The position numbers and the translations under genes were made by a program. 64,000 nt of DNA, taken from the IMG/VR virus record IMGVR_UViG_2724679293_000007, positions 1 to 64,000 of that record. The stretch is one strand, 5' to 3'. This stretch comes from a virus. Lineage: Duplodnaviria > Heunggongvirae > Uroviricota > Caudoviricetes. Below are positions 18,961-32,562 of the stretch, one piece after another (position 1 is the stretch's first letter; each line of letters starts with the position of its first letter). Below the pieces are notes generated by a model, which did no database searches, was not told the origin of the DNA, and saw only the letters and a list, made by a program, of their open reading frames with translations.

Positions 18961-19209
18961 TTAATCAGCATTCAGAAGCAACGCATTATCTATGATGATC
19001 TGCTCCCATTCTTCGAATGCCCGGTCGCGGACGCCCTGGGGGACACTGTTTGTTTTGAAATCGACGACCGTCCGCCATTTCCCGTCCGGACGGTACATGC
19101 GCAGAGCTTTACTTCCCCCTTCCCTGCGCACCTCAACGTTATGCTTATCAGCAAACTCTTGTAATGCTCGTAGCGTCCCATGCTTTACTGTGTAGTATCG
19201 CTTTTTCAA
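18961..19209 (-). CDS. lxc: Lxc-like small protein (82 aa)
   Basis: Size and position downstream of ulx/darB; named by recalled P1 synteny. Confidence 0.4.
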   Translation of the reverse strand: MKKRYYTVKHGTLRALQEFADKHNVEVRREGGSKALRMYRPDGKWRTVVDFKTNSVPQGVRDRAFEEWEQIIIDNALLLNAD

Positions 19210-19646
19210 GTTTTCTCTCCAGCCTGTGCCAAGGCTTCAACTTCCAAATCGTAAGACTCAAATTCATAGTCCTGGTCGTCAACTTCTTCAGGCACTGGCA
19301 GTAAATGCCAGGCTGAGTATATCTGACCATTATCAAAACGCTCCTGGCTGTAGAGCGTCGCGGCTATGAGTGTTAGAGCCGGGCGGTCATAACGGTAAAT
19401 TTTGCGAACGTCACGGTCAACGAGACGACCGAAATTACCATAACCGCGCTCCAGTAATAATTTTTTAATTTCCGGCCAGTATGGACCATAGCTGCGGTAC
19501 AGGCGGGGATTTTTCAGTAATCGCCCGCGTAGCCCTGACAGGAAGAAATCAACGTATTCGTCTTCTGTCTTTCCTAACAACGCCGTACGCAGCACCGCCT
19601 CAAGATATGTTTTATTCGGTTTTATTGTATCAGATAATGTGGCCAT
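19206..19646 (-). CDS. ulx: Ulx-like protein (146 aa)
   Basis: ORF between darB and lxc, overlapping stop/start; named by recalled P1 synteny. Confidence 0.4.
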   Translation of the reverse strand: MATLSDTIKPNKTYLEAVLRTALLGKTEDEYVDFFLSGLRGRLLKNPRLYRSYGPYWPEIKKLLLERGYGNFGRLVDRDVRKIYRYDRPALTLIAATLYSQERFDNGQIYSAWHLLPVPEEVDDQDYEFESYDLEVEALAQAGEKT

Positions 19647-19679
19647 ATTATGCGACGCCCGGCGAACCGGGCGCTCCTG

Positions 19680-22600
19680 TTATGCGTATTGTTGGATGAC
19701 GGCCAGAACGTCCGCCACGTTGTGTTTTGTCTCGATAATCCACCAGTTACCCGGGAAATCGCTGTTCTTCGCCTTCGCTGGCAGCCAGCGAGCGCCGAAT
19801 TTCGCCTTGATTGCGTCTTTCGCACGGAAAAGAACGCCTTTCATGCCTGAGGCTTCCTGAAGCCCAAATACCTCGCCAGCGGCGAATTTTGGTGCGTACA
19901 TCATCTTCAGGTCGGCGGTGGATACGCGATAATTCAGACCAAGAGACTGAGCTATGCTGGTGGCATCACCCTGTATTGATGATAACTCTTCTTGTTTCTC
20001 GTTTCTGGCGGCAATTTCTTCCTCCGTGATGTTGCCAAGGGCCAGGTTTATCCGATCAGCGTCGGCCTGTTTCTCTTCATCGGTGCGCCCGGCAAGAACC
20101 GTGTTAATTCTCTGCAATATCTCAACATGATTCTTGCGCATGCTGAGTAATTCCGGCGTAACCTCGTTAAGGTCCACCAGCCCAAGGATGGCAAGGTCAG
20201 TAAACATTGATACCAGGTTGTAGGTCATGCGATAGCTGAGTTGGCCATAGGCTGATGGCAACTGCACCGCATCCATTTTATAGGCATCCATAAATTTAGA
20301 GCCGTCGTTTACGACATCCGCAATTGCCGGTGTGATTTTTCCTGTGGTGGCGGCCACCCTGATTGCTGTTACCCACGATTGAGTCAGCGCGGCGACTGCA
20401 TGATTCAGATTGGCTTTCCGTTCTGCTGCAATGCGCGCACTTGCTGCGTCCATTGCCTGCTTGATCTCGTCTTTATTGCTGTAAATGCCAATGGTGCCAA
20501 ACTGTGCTGTGGTGATCTCATAATCTGACGCCCGGAACTCATTGGTACCGAAAATGGCATTGGTGACTTCAAGTTCAGAATCCCCGTTACGAGTAGACCC
20601 CTGGCTTGTTTTTTCCGGCATTCTGGCGATCGCATCCGCTATTTTCTCCTGAATTGCTTCAGGGGATAGCGTATCTCCGTATGACGCGATTACATCGCCA
20701 TAATTGGAGCCAAACAGTTCAACCAGGAATGCTTCTGCCGAACGGATCTGGCGGTTATTCCCTTCCGACATCATACCAAGCACCCATTTTGCAATTGACG
20801 ACTTCAGCGCGCCGTCACGGCGATCCGGGTAAACCGCATGCTTCAGTGGGTCCGTATAGGTACCAACAAAATCAATGCTATAGCCTGACTCTGTAGTCTG
20901 AACGCCGTATGAGTCAGTGATTTTGATCATGCCGCGCTGCTGGAAACGGTAGAAATCGTCACAGGAAACGATGTCGTTAATCCCGGCGATGGAGACGCCA
21001 CCACTGATTTTCTGCATAACAGCATCTTCATCGGGAGTTACATCAACCTGTTTATCCAGCGTCTTCACATCCCAGTTACCCGATTTGGTACCTTTGAAGG
21101 TAAAGATAATCTCCACGTCTGCGCGCTGGCTGTCGAAGTCCAGAGACTTAATGCGGACGATATCACCGGCACAATCATAGTATTGGCCTACACGCCATGA
21201 GCGATCGCCGATAACAAGGAACTCACTCGCATGGTTAACCAAGTCAGGATCAACATCCAGAATGCCTTTATTTATTGCATCCTCCACCAGCGGGCGCAGG
21301 CGTTTGATATCCGTCGCGGCCTTCTGAGTACGGTTCAATAATTTCTCATAGCGGGAGATGGCTTGAGAGATATTAGCCTTGCGCTGAATGGCGCTTTTCA
21401 ACGACGCGCGATACTGTGCTAACAACGTACGGTCTGTGTGATGGACGCTACCCCAGCGGGCTTTCCAGTCTGCGTTATCAGCTGCTTTGGCCATTACCGC
21501 CTGTTTGAATTTGGCGACCTCGGTGGTGGTCTTTTCAAGTTCCGCTTTGCTTCGCTCTAATTCAGCGGTAAGCACCTCCACATCCTCACCAGCTGCGTGC
21601 TGCGCCTTGATGTAGTTCTGAAGGTCGATAGTAGCCTGTTCTTTCTGGCGAGCGCGTTGCGCGGCTTTCGCCTTATCCATTTGAACCTGCATCATTGCCA
21701 GACGTTCACCGTCATCCTTCGCGGTATACATCTGCATTTCGATCATATCATTGGCGTCGGCGTTCTCCATTTCTGACTTATCTGAACGGAGGATATCGGA
21801 GATCCAGCCTGCTTTACGCTTCAGCGTCTTCAGTCGGTATTCATCGAAAGAACCCTTGCCGCAGTAGTAGTGAACGCGAACGCTTGCACGGTTGGAGCCA
21901 ACTCGGGCACCGCGACCGTTACGCTGTGCGATACTGGCTGGTGTCCATGGCAACGTCAGATGATGGATGTCAGTCGTTCCTCGATGCAGGTTGATACCGA
22001 CCTCGGCCTTTTTGTTGCAGATGATGATCGGAGTCCGGCCCTCCTGGAAGTCGGCAGCAATCTTTTCCAGCCCGCCCAGCGACATTTCATTTTGCTGCGC
22101 GATATAGGCGTCATACAGAGCCATTTGCTCGTTGTATTTCGCTATCTGCGCATCTGTTGGTTCATCCGGTAGCTCTTTCGGCGGTTTAACAGCTTTCAGT
22201 TTCTGACCGGTTTTACCTGCCTCGGCAACCGTCTGAGCATTCAGGATCCCCACCTTTGAAGGTTCAAGGTTAAGAGCATTGCAGATAATGCGCTTGAGCT
22301 TCTGGTGCTGCGTTTTTTCATCGGTGAAGATGATTTGCTTACCTTCCGGGAAAAACTCCTTCAGCGTGGCAATCAGCTTCGCGTATTTGGGCGTAACGGG
22401 GTGAGTTACGGTCTGTTCGTCAATGCCAAACCTGGCCAGGCGCTTATTCACTTCCTGCTCGAACGCTTCCGGAACCTGCAACTGAATAAACTCGCCCTTA
22501 TCTATCAGGGAGTATTGCGATTGCTGCGTGATTGAATCATCACTGTCGTCGTCTTCGCTGGTGGCTTGTTTAGGCAAACTGTCCGCCAGCTGCTGCACCG

Positions 22601-25600
22601 CATCGGCGTACTCCGGCAGGAAACGATAGGTGATCCGACGATAGTACAGGTCCATGTCAGTACATACGCGGTCCATATCCCTGATTATTGAGAAGATCGG
22701 ACGGGCTTTCTCGTGCTCAATCACGCCGTCTTCATTGACCGAGGTCGTTACGCCATTGTTGGCTTTGGCCGCCGCTTCCGCCTGCTGACGCAATTCTTCA
22801 TACGCCGCCAGTTGTTCTTCAGTAAGTGGTGCATCCTGCTGGTGTTCGTCCAGCTCCGGGATCTCCACGGTATCCTTAACGTCTTCCGCCGTTTTAAGCG
22901 TTACCCAGCGATGGAATATACCGCGCAGCGCATCAAGGTTTTCAAAGCCCACCAGCGCCATTTTTTCTTCAACTTCACCGCTGATTTTCTGTACCGTTTC
23001 CAGCCTGGTCTTGCCGAAGAATTTAACGAAGTCATCAGGACCGTAGATCCCCATCTTCTGCCAGTATTCCTTCGGCAGAACATGAGAAAGCATGTTGTAT
23101 GCATCGATCGGGGTGTTAACGACTGGCGTTGCAGTCAGGAGAACCGGCCCGCGCCCGCCATTCTTTTTCATCAGGTACGCGTTTTTAATTGCCATATCCC
23201 GCGCCGATTGCGCCACCGCGCTGGTGGGCAGATAGGCCAGTTGTGACGCTTCGCGACCATTTTTATAGCTATTGCGGTAGTTGTGACCTTCGTCGGCGAT
23301 CACACTATCGAAGCCCATATCCTCAAAGTACGGATACTTCTCTGCTTTTTCGGTGCCGGTATCTGAATACTCCGACAATACCCGGCGACGCGCGGCCTCT
23401 TTGCGGTGGGAGTCGGAGTCCATTGCGCTGGCTACGCGCCCGGCGGCAACGAAGTCATAAAGCATATCCTGTGCATGCTCATCTACGGTGTCATCACGTA
23501 GCGGAATGCGGGCGTATTGTTCTTTGGTAAACACGACTGCACGGTAATTTGAGTGCGGGATCGCGTTCATTCGCGCGGTGATAGTGGCTTCATCTGCCAG
23601 TTTAAGAGCATCACGCATAAGTGGAGTGCCATCAGTACCAAGGACAGGTTTACCGTTCTCATCGAGCACCGGCACCTGGCGAATCTGATCGCCATCCATC
23701 AGCACATCAAGACCGACGAACAGGTAGTTACTGAATGCCGCTTCACTCAGGAACTCTTTTGCTTCGTAATACCAGTTTTCCAGCACTGATTTAGGCACTA
23801 CATAAGCAGTACGGGTGGAGCGACCGTTCTCATAGTTGAACGCCTCAAGCGCCAGCGCGGTCGTCGTTTTACCCAGCCCGGTGCCGAAGCCCAGGATGCC
23901 GCGCCCATCTTCAGACAGTCGTCGCACCTCGCTATTCTGGTAATCAAATGGCTGGCGCTTACCGCTTAATCCCTTCAACCCAAGCGGATCGCCAGAGTGT
24001 TCATACGGAATATTGCTATTGAAAACATCGTTGTATTTGGCAACCAGCTCATCGTAGCGATCGTGTGTCTTGATCCACTTATTGAACTGGTCCTCAAGCA
24101 GTGCCATCTGCTCGCGGTAGCCGTTCGCCGTCGCGCTATCTTTGCCACCGATACGCGCACCATTGAGATACTTTTCCAGCTGTGCCGGGAACCCGGTCGC
24201 GTTTTCACCTGATTTACGGTCCCACTCGTAGCGGATCTCGCCTGTTTCTTTATCCTTGCGCTGGACGACACCGTATCGGTGTCCGACGAACAGACCATCA
24301 CCACCGTGATAGGTGTCAGAAACCATTTCGTCGCCTTCCAGCTGCACTGACTGCACATAGCGCAGATCCGGATAGCCGTTTTCCTGCAAAAACTCCAGAA
24401 TGACGGAACGGTCGAACCAACGGCTATTGAGCTTAAAGCGGATATTCTCTGCTGGCGTCTTGATGCGCTTCTCTTCGATCGCTGCCAGCTGATTAAGGAC
24501 GTTGTTCTTTACTGGACCGTCGGGGAGCGTGGCGAGGAATTCCTGTTTTGGAACCACTATCTCGTTAATGTCGCCGCTGGTGGCGCGGGCGAACGGAACA
24601 ATCCCGCCATACGGCGAAACCGCAATACCTGGGGTGCTGGCCAATAAATTAAGCAACTCTTCATCACTGGCTGGCAGTTCGCCGGTAAACGCAAGGCGGA
24701 AATCATCGAGCTGGATTGGATCGCGGGTAAGATCGCTATAGAGATAACGCAAGGTGTCCTGATAGCTGGTGGAGTCATAACTTGCGCTGGAATCATGCGT
24801 AACCAGCTTTCCTGTCAGCTCGTCAGAAATAGTGCCATCCAGCTTAATTGCACCACGGAAAGCAAACCAGGCGCGCGCACCGCTTCCCGATAATTTAGCT
24901 ATCGGACCGCGACCGGGGTTACCAAAACGGTCAATCTCTGCCTGCAAACGGGATACCAGAGAAAGGCGCTGCTGTTCGATTTGTTCAGCACTATGCCCGG
25001 CGGCCTTCATATCCTGATATTCAATTAACATCCGGCCAATCATTGCCCCGCGATACAAGCGTTCACGGTATTTTTCAGGCTGGCTGTTAATCCAGTCCAC
25101 CAGCTGCACCATATCGTCGCTGATTGATGTGGTGTACTTATCGCGGACATTTGCCATCTGGGTAAATGTCATACCGAGACGGCCTTCTGTTGTAGTCAGG
25201 TTACGCTGAAGAGCCTCCCAGCTATCCGCGCCATAACTGGCAGCATCAATCTTAAGCTCCTTACCAGCATCAGCTTCAATCCAGCGACCACCAGCATATT
25301 TTTGCCATACGCCATTAATCAGGCGCATTTCCCCTTCATCAACAACGTCTGCTGTCGGTGACGGTTCAGCCATATCTAGCAAAGACCAGTCGATACGACT
25401 TTCGAAACGATGAATCAGCTTCGCTTTAAGAGCCTGGTTATCAATCTGCCCGTCGGCACGAACCTCAATACGCCCCTGGAAGCCCTTTTCCTGGGTACCA
25501 TGAACAAACCGGCGGCCGTCCTTTTCAAACCACTTGCCAGAAATAAACGTTGGCCAAAGCACATTTGCCAATTCAAGAGTGCTTTCATCCACCAGGGGGA

Positions 25601-26447
25601 TTTTCTCAGCCATCTCTGCCGGATGTTTGCGCATCAGCACCACATCTACGACCGTACTGGTCCCGTTTGCGTCAAAAGTACCGGTAGGCAAGCGGTGGGC
25701 ACCAAGAAATTCAGCTTTCCGTGATAGGCGCAGGCGTAACCGCTTCATGTTTGAACCTGAAACAATGGACGGCGGCACAATCACGCACATGAATCCGCCT
25801 GGCTTTATCTTGTCCAGCATGCGGAGCATGAAGTAAGAACCCATGTCCGTTTCTTCTGCGTAAGGCTTATCGATGTTGCGTGTGTTATCACGACCACCGA
25901 ACGGAACGTTACCCACAACATGGTCGAATGAATCGTTAGGCGTGCTTACAGCCAGCTGTTCGAACGGGGAAATCTGTACGCTGTCTTCCGGGTGTAACAG
26001 CTGGTTTATACGACCGGAAACACTGCTGATCTCAGTTGCGGTCATCACCGTACCAACCGGTTTTGTCTCATTAAAAACGCCGGTGCCCGCCGATGGTTCC
26101 AGAGTGTTACCTACGTCCGCGCCATAGAGCTTCATGATCTCCCAGACACCTTCAGCGATAGGCTTTGGTGTGTAATATTCGGAGACGGACCCGCCAATGC
26201 CGCCTTCACCGGTGTACCCAGCCAGGATCTGGCGCTGTTCATCTGTCAGTGTCGCGCCGTCCACCAGCGAATTAAGCAAATCTATCGCCTTCTGATTCGC
26301 CTCCCGGCGCAGTCGGTCATAGCTTTTGCCTTCCACCTTTTCCACGCCGTATTTAATCGGCGCTCGGTGAGATGTTATTGCCCTAATGTATTTCAATATT
26401 TCGCTGACACTTGAACAGCGAAACACCCCCATAGATAGCTTGTTCAT
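19680..26447 (-). CDS. darB: DarB, giant antirestriction protein with methyltransferase and SF2 helicase domains
   Basis: 2255 aa; N-terminal MTase-like motifs (GNVPFGG), Walker A GFGTGLGKTT and DEGH box; size equals recalled P1 DarB. Confidence 0.85.
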   Translation of the reverse strand: MNKLSMGVFRCSSVSEILKYIRAITSHRAPIKYGVEKVEGKSYDRLRREANQKAIDLLNSLVDGATLTDEQRQILAGYTGEGGIGGSVSEYYTPKPIAEGVWEIMKLYGADVGNTLEPSAGTGVFNETKPVGTVMTATEISSVSGRINQLLHPEDSVQISPFEQLAVSTPNDSFDHVVGNVPFGGRDNTRNIDKPYAEETDMGSYFMLRMLDKIKPGGFMCVIVPPSIVSGSNMKRLRLRLSRKAEFLGAHRLPTGTFDANGTSTVVDVVLMRKHPAEMAEKIPLVDESTLELANVLWPTFISGKWFEKDGRRFVHGTQEKGFQGRIEVRADGQIDNQALKAKLIHRFESRIDWSLLDMAEPSPTADVVDEGEMRLINGVWQKYAGGRWIEADAGKELKIDAASYGADSWEALQRNLTTTEGRLGMTFTQMANVRDKYTTSISDDMVQLVDWINSQPEKYRERLYRGAMIGRMLIEYQDMKAAGHSAEQIEQQRLSLVSRLQAEIDRFGNPGRGPIAKLSGSGARAWFAFRGAIKLDGTISDELTGKLVTHDSSASYDSTSYQDTLRYLYSDLTRDPIQLDDFRLAFTGELPASDEELLNLLASTPGIAVSPYGGIVPFARATSGDINEIVVPKQEFLATLPDGPVKNNVLNQLAAIEEKRIKTPAENIRFKLNSRWFDRSVILEFLQENGYPDLRYVQSVQLEGDEMVSDTYHGGDGLFVGHRYGVVQRKDKETGEIRYEWDRKSGENATGFPAQLEKYLNGARIGGKDSATANGYREQMALLEDQFNKWIKTHDRYDELVAKYNDVFNSNIPYEHSGDPLGLKGLSGKRQPFDYQNSEVRRLSEDGRGILGFGTGLGKTTTALALEAFNYENGRSTRTAYVVPKSVLENWYYEAKEFLSEAAFSNYLFVGLDVLMDGDQIRQVPVLDENGKPVLGTDGTPLMRDALKLADEATITARMNAIPHSNYRAVVFTKEQYARIPLRDDTVDEHAQDMLYDFVAAGRVASAMDSDSHRKEAARRRVLSEYSDTGTEKAEKYPYFEDMGFDSVIADEGHNYRNSYKNGREASQLAYLPTSAVAQSARDMAIKNAYLMKKNGGRGPVLLTATPVVNTPIDAYNMLSHVLPKEYWQKMGIYGPDDFVKFFGKTRLETVQKISGEVEEKMALVGFENLDALRGIFHRWVTLKTAEDVKDTVEIPELDEHQQDAPLTEEQLAAYEELRQQAEAAAKANNGVTTSVNEDGVIEHEKARPIFSIIRDMDRVCTDMDLYYRRITYRFLPEYADAVQQLADSLPKQATSEDDDSDDSITQQSQYSLIDKGEFIQLQVPEAFEQEVNKRLARFGIDEQTVTHPVTPKYAKLIATLKEFFPEGKQIIFTDEKTQHQKLKRIICNALNLEPSKVGILNAQTVAEAGKTGQKLKAVKPPKELPDEPTDAQIAKYNEQMALYDAYIAQQNEMSLGGLEKIAADFQEGRTPIIICNKKAEVGINLHRGTTDIHHLTLPWTPASIAQRNGRGARVGSNRASVRVHYYCGKGSFDEYRLKTLKRKAGWISDILRSDKSEMENADANDMIEMQMYTAKDDGERLAMMQVQMDKAKAAQRARQKEQATIDLQNYIKAQHAAGEDVEVLTAELERSKAELEKTTTEVAKFKQAVMAKAADNADWKARWGSVHHTDRTLLAQYRASLKSAIQRKANISQAISRYEKLLNRTQKAATDIKRLRPLVEDAINKGILDVDPDLVNHASEFLVIGDRSWRVGQYYDCAGDIVRIKSLDFDSQRADVEIIFTFKGTKSGNWDVKTLDKQVDVTPDEDAVMQKISGGVSIAGINDIVSCDDFYRFQQRGMIKITDSYGVQTTESGYSIDFVGTYTDPLKHAVYPDRRDGALKSSIAKWVLGMMSEGNNRQIRSAEAFLVELFGSNYGDVIASYGDTLSPEAIQEKIADAIARMPEKTSQGSTRNGDSELEVTNAIFGTNEFRASDYEITTAQFGTIGIYSNKDEIKQAMDAASARIAAERKANLNHAVAALTQSWVTAIRVAATTGKITPAIADVVNDGSKFMDAYKMDAVQLPSAYGQLSYRMTYNLVSMFTDLAILGLVDLNEVTPELLSMRKNHVEILQRINTVLAGRTDEEKQADADRINLALGNITEEEIAARNEKQEELSSIQGDATSIAQSLGLNYRVSTADLKMMYAPKFAAGEVFGLQEASGMKGVLFRAKDAIKAKFGARWLPAKAKNSDFPGNWWIIETKHNVADVLAVIQQYA

Positions 26448-26458
26448 TGGTAATCCTT

Positions 26459-26470
26459 AACAAGTGACTA
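26459..26470 (+). promoter_or_regulatory. late-promoter element AACAAGTGACTA in darB-prt divergent region
   Basis: AAGTGACTA core plus ACTAGT palindrome, 53 bp upstream of prt start. Confidence 0.35.
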
Positions 26471-26513
26471 GTGTTAAATTCCGTTCAAACACGATGCGAA
26501 TTATTCTAATTAA

Positions 26514-29244
<2,731 letters not shown>

Positions 29245-29257
29245 CCACCAAAAATAA

Positions 29258-29280
29258 CCCCGGCGGCTGCCGGGGTTCTC
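29258..29280. terminator. hairpin terminator CCCCGGC-GGCT-GCCGGGG
   Basis: 7-bp GC stem between convergent pro and the lyz-side genes. Confidence 0.5.
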
Positions 29281-29288
29281 GTTAACTA

Positions 29289-29543
29289 TTATCGCTTTCG
29301 CCTGCGTGCCATATATTTGCGCACCGCGCGGCGTGGACAATCTGAAGCGGTTTCTTTCTGCTGCATCAATCTTGCAGCCATGCTCAAAAATGTCAGGCAC
29401 AGCCGAAGCCCGGCATATAATAGCGGTTCCAGTGGCCACGTCTCATTGAGCACATATACCGCCATGAAAATCGAGTCGAACACTATCGCCGCCAGCGATA
29501 ACTTCATTGTCGAAAGTCGGCGGAGCTGCCGGAGTTTATTCAT
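29289..29543 (-). CDS. small membrane protein (84 aa), possible lysis accessory
   Basis: Start overlaps lyz stop by 8 nt; hydrophobic core; basic C-terminus. Confidence 0.4.
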   Translation of the reverse strand: MNKLRQLRRLSTMKLSLAAIVFDSIFMAVYVLNETWPLEPLLYAGLRLCLTFLSMAARLMQQKETASDCPRRAVRKYMARRRKR

Positions 29544-30093
29544 TGACCAGCCCCGTCAGGCAAAGCTGGCGTTCTTTTCCACGGCGAATCTTTAACCCGG
29601 GCAGGGGGACGCCGTTACTGTTCACGAAATCAGGGAGATGGTTACACATATTCACCCATTCCCCTTTCTGCGCCCACTTGTGGATGGACGTTTCTACTCG
29701 CATGCCTCGCGCTTTGCTGTAGTAGGTCCGTAAACTATTGCATCCCATATTGAATGCCGCGCTTGTCATTGCGCTGAAGGCATTATCGGGCATGTCTTTG
29801 CCCCGGAAGTGCTGGTTAATACAGCGTTCAGCGATCAGGATATTCTTTTCCCAATCAGCGGCGATTTGCTGGTCGGTTTTTCGCACGCCAGGCGTTACCC
29901 CGTGTGTATTACCAATCCCGTCAGTCCATACACCCGCCGGGCACATGTATGGATCACGTCGGCAACCTTCAGCGTTTCCGATAAGCTCAAGCCCCGCCTG
30001 GTTGGTTCGCACATTGCCATTACCCATCACGATGGTAATCATCACCGCAATAGCGCAAATTGCACCGCCTCCTGCGGCTGTTTTTCCCTTCAT
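29536..30093 (-). CDS. lyz: Lyz, SAR (signal-anchor-release) endolysin
   Basis: 185 aa from internal Met: MKGKTAAGGGAICAIAVMITIVMGNGNVRTNQAGLELIGNAEGC.. matches recalled P1 Lyz; track ORF has a 33-aa upstream extension. Confidence 0.9.
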   Translation of the reverse strand: MKGKTAAGGGAICAIAVMITIVMGNGNVRTNQAGLELIGNAEGCRRDPYMCPAGVWTDGIGNTHGVTPGVRKTDQQIAADWEKNILIAERCINQHFRGKDMPDNAFSAMTSAAFNMGCNSLRTYYSKARGMRVETSIHKWAQKGEWVNMCNHLPDFVNSNGVPLPGLKIRRGKERQLCLTGLVNE

Positions 30094-30192
30094 AAAGACC
30101 TCATAAGCGAATTTTTTACGCTCCAGGACAAACACCCATTCACAGCCAATACCGACTGACTCGATCCCTTTAGAAGGCACAGGATAATGCAA

Positions 30193-30204
30193 ATCACTTG
30201 TTAG
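30193..30204 (-). promoter_or_regulatory. late-promoter element upstream of lyz (reverse complement TAACAAGTGATT)
   Basis: AAGTGATTT core on minus strand. Confidence 0.35.
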
Positions 30205-30226
30205 CTATGTTTCAAAGATATACATT

Positions 30227-30243
30227 ATTGCTCTAATTGATTT
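30227..30243 (+). promoter_or_regulatory. C1 operator (ATTGCTCTAATTGATTT)
   Basis: 14/17 match to consensus, 20 bp upstream of ssb start. Confidence 0.6.
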
Positions 30244-30262
30244 ATTTTATTAGGTAAGATAA

Positions 30263-30751
30263 GTGGCACAACGCGGTGTAAACAAAGTCATCCTGATTGG
30301 TACCCTGGGGCAAGACCCGGAGATCAGGTATATACCAAATGGCGGCGCGGTCGGAAGACTCAGCATCGCAACGAATGAATCATGGCGCGACAAGCAAACG
30401 GGCCAACAGAAAGAGCAAACAGAATGGCATAAAGTCGTCTTGTTCGGAAAACTTGCTGAAATTGCGAGTGAGTATTTACGAAAAGGTTCTCAGGTATACA
30501 TCGAAGGGAAACTTAAAACCCGTAAGTGGACAGATGACGCCGGTGTAGAACGTTACACGATGGAAATTATCGTCAGCCAGGGCGGCACCATGCAAATGAT
30601 CGGCGCTCGCCGTGACGATTCACAGTCCTCAAATGGCTGGGGGCAATCAAACCAACCTCAAAACCACCAGCAATACAGTGGTGGCGGTAAACCTCAGAGC
30701 AACGCCAATAACGAACCTCCAATGGACTTTGACGACGATATTCCGTTTTAG
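30263..30751 (+). CDS. ssb: single-stranded DNA-binding protein
   Basis: 162 aa, GTG start; [51 protein letters not shown].. and acidic tail DFDDDIPF closely resemble E. coli SSB. Confidence 0.95.
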   Translation: MAQRGVNKVILIGTLGQDPEIRYIPNGGAVGRLSIATNESWRDKQTGQQKEQTEWHKVVLFGKLAEIASEYLRKGSQVYIEGKLKTRKWTDDAGVERYTMEIIVSQGGTMQMIGARRDDSQSSNGWGQSNQPQNHQQYSGGGKPQSNANNEPPMDFDDDIPF

Positions 30752-30791
30752 GATTTACCTAAGACGTTTATGTAATTAATTATCTATCAGG

Positions 30792-30818
30792 CCCCTGTTA
30801 ATACAGGGGATTTTTATT
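30792..30818 (+). terminator. intrinsic terminator (CCCCTG-TTAATA-CAGGGG + T-run)
   Basis: Perfect hairpin then ATTTTTATTT after ssb stop. Confidence 0.6.
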
Positions 30819-30999
30819 TCTAGTAACTATAAGAGGTGTTAATTATTAATTGACAATCTTTAGTGTTTCGCGCACCTTGCAAGTATCCAATATTTACTGA
30901 TTGTGGATGCATAAAGAAGATCCACAGCGTTACAAATTTGTATTTCTTTCTTCAGCAATTAAGCAGGCGACTTGCTCTATCCTGCCCAAAGGAACACGT

Positions 31000-32355
31000 A
31001 TGACACACTGCAAAGAAAATACTTGGTATGAGCGTCAAGGGTACAATACAACCCGCCCGAATGAGATAAGGTCGGAGTATGAACGTGATCTTTCCCGGTT
31101 AATCCACTCTTCCGCTTTTAGGAGATTACAATCGAAGACGCAGGTGTTGGGATTGGGCGAAAGCGATTTCTACCGTACGCGGTTAACTCACTCTATGGAA
31201 GTAGCGCAAATTGGCGGCGGTATCTTGTCTCAGTTGTCTAAGCACGATACAGATGAGGGGGGTAAATTCTTACCTGACCCAAGCCTGATGCAGGCTATCT
31301 GCCTTGCTCATGATATAGGACATCCCCCCTTCGGTCATGGTGGTGAGGTCGCACTAAACTACTGCATGAGATCCTATGGCGGCTTTGAAGGTAACGGGCA
31401 GACACTGCGTATACTCTCCAAACTGGATAAGTACACCGAAACCAATGGGCTGGATCCCACCCGTAGACTTATTTTAGGCGTACTGAAATATCCAGCAAGC
31501 TATTCAGAGGTCGTCAATGAGAGGGCTTACAGCCAGTTACAGCCAAGAAGCAATGAGTGGTTGTTTAAATCATCCGAATTTAAGCCCCCGAAATGTTACC
31601 TGGACTCTGAGGAGAACACTGTTAGATTCGCACTCCAACCTTTTGATAGTGGTGATGTTAAGTTATTCAAAACGGTAAAAACTACCGCGTTGAATAAGCA
31701 CAAGAAAACAATATATAAAGCACTGGATACAACGATTATGGACTTGGCTGATGAGATATCCTACTCACTCCATGATCTTGAAGACGCAATTTCTCTGAAG
31801 ATGATCGACAAAAAAATGTGGGAGGAGCACTTCGAGGACAAGTCCCATTTATTTGCAGCTTGCCAATGCGACTCGTTTAATCTAAAAGCCGATGATGTAG
31901 CTGAAAAACTGTTCGGCGAAAGTTATCTACGCAAGGAGTGCATAGGGACACTTGTTCATCTGATGATCACTAGCGTTAAGCTTGAAGTGCAGAACTCTGA
32001 TTTCAAAAGTAAAATTTTACGCTATAAAGTGGCACTTCCTGCCGCGGTAGAAGAGTTACGTAAAGCCATTTTTGAGCTGGTTAAGAACAAAGTTATTCAG
32101 CACGAAAACGTCCAACTATTAGAGTTCAAAGGTCAGAAACTGATTGTGGAACTATTCAATGTACTGGCAAATGACCCAATACGTTTTCTCCCGACAGAAA
32201 CCCGAAAGAAATATAATCAAGAGGAAGCAAAAGGTGATGATAAAAAAATGCGCGTCATTTGCGACTATGTTTCAGGCATGACAGATGATTACGCTACTAG
32301 ACTGTATGAGAAAATATTTGTACCGAGAAAAGGCTCTATTTTTGATAGACTCTGA
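31000..32355 (+). CDS. dGTPase-family HD-domain dNTP triphosphohydrolase (Dgt-like)
   Basis: 451 aa from ATG 31000 (track ORF starts at 30901); motifs RLTHSMEVAQIG, HDIGHPPFGH, DLEDAI and C-terminal SGMTDDYA align to E. coli Dgt from memory. Confidence 0.8.
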   Translation: MTHCKENTWYERQGYNTTRPNEIRSEYERDLSRLIHSSAFRRLQSKTQVLGLGESDFYRTRLTHSMEVAQIGGGILSQLSKHDTDEGGKFLPDPSLMQAICLAHDIGHPPFGHGGEVALNYCMRSYGGFEGNGQTLRILSKLDKYTETNGLDPTRRLILGVLKYPASYSEVVNERAYSQLQPRSNEWLFKSSEFKPPKCYLDSEENTVRFALQPFDSGDVKLFKTVKTTALNKHKKTIYKALDTTIMDLADEISYSLHDLEDAISLKMIDKKMWEEHFEDKSHLFAACQCDSFNLKADDVAEKLFGESYLRKECIGTLVHLMITSVKLEVQNSDFKSKILRYKVALPAAVEELRKAIFELVKNKVIQHENVQLLEFKGQKLIVELFNVLANDPIRFLPTETRKKYNQEEAKGDDKKMRVICDYVSGMTDDYATRLYEKIFVPRKGSIFDRL

Positions 32356-32522
32356 TCTTTTTCTATTATATAGTACGTAGCCGGGTTCCAGAACCGCATA
32401 AAATTAGATCTGGATATAATTCATTTAATTATCTGTTATATGCCAAACATAACGGTATATAATAGTGGATTAGATGTTACAACTTGACGCAGAATAAATA
32501 GCTTTTATTGGCGCATGATGCA

Positions 32523-32546
32523 AACCCCGCAATGAAGCGGGGTTTT
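32523..32546. terminator. bidirectional hairpin terminator (CCCCGC-AATGAA-GCGGGG-TTTT)
   Basis: Between convergent dGTPase gene and the 122-aa gene. Confidence 0.6.
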
Positions 32547-32562
32547 AACTGTGGTAAATGAG

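Noticed and set aside
19680-26447. Many 60-180 aa ORFs on the + strand (e.g. 22713-23246, 23189-23530) and minus-strand ORFs nested in other frames
   Set aside because: They lie entirely within the continuous 2255-aa darB frame on the opposite strand or in an alternative frame; taken as antisense or frame-shadow ORFs.
30969-30985. Partial C1 operator-like sequence (ACTTGCTCTATCCTGCC) upstream of the dGTPase start
   Set aside because: Only about 8/17 matches to the operator consensus and lacks the conserved AAT following GCTCT; probably fortuitous.
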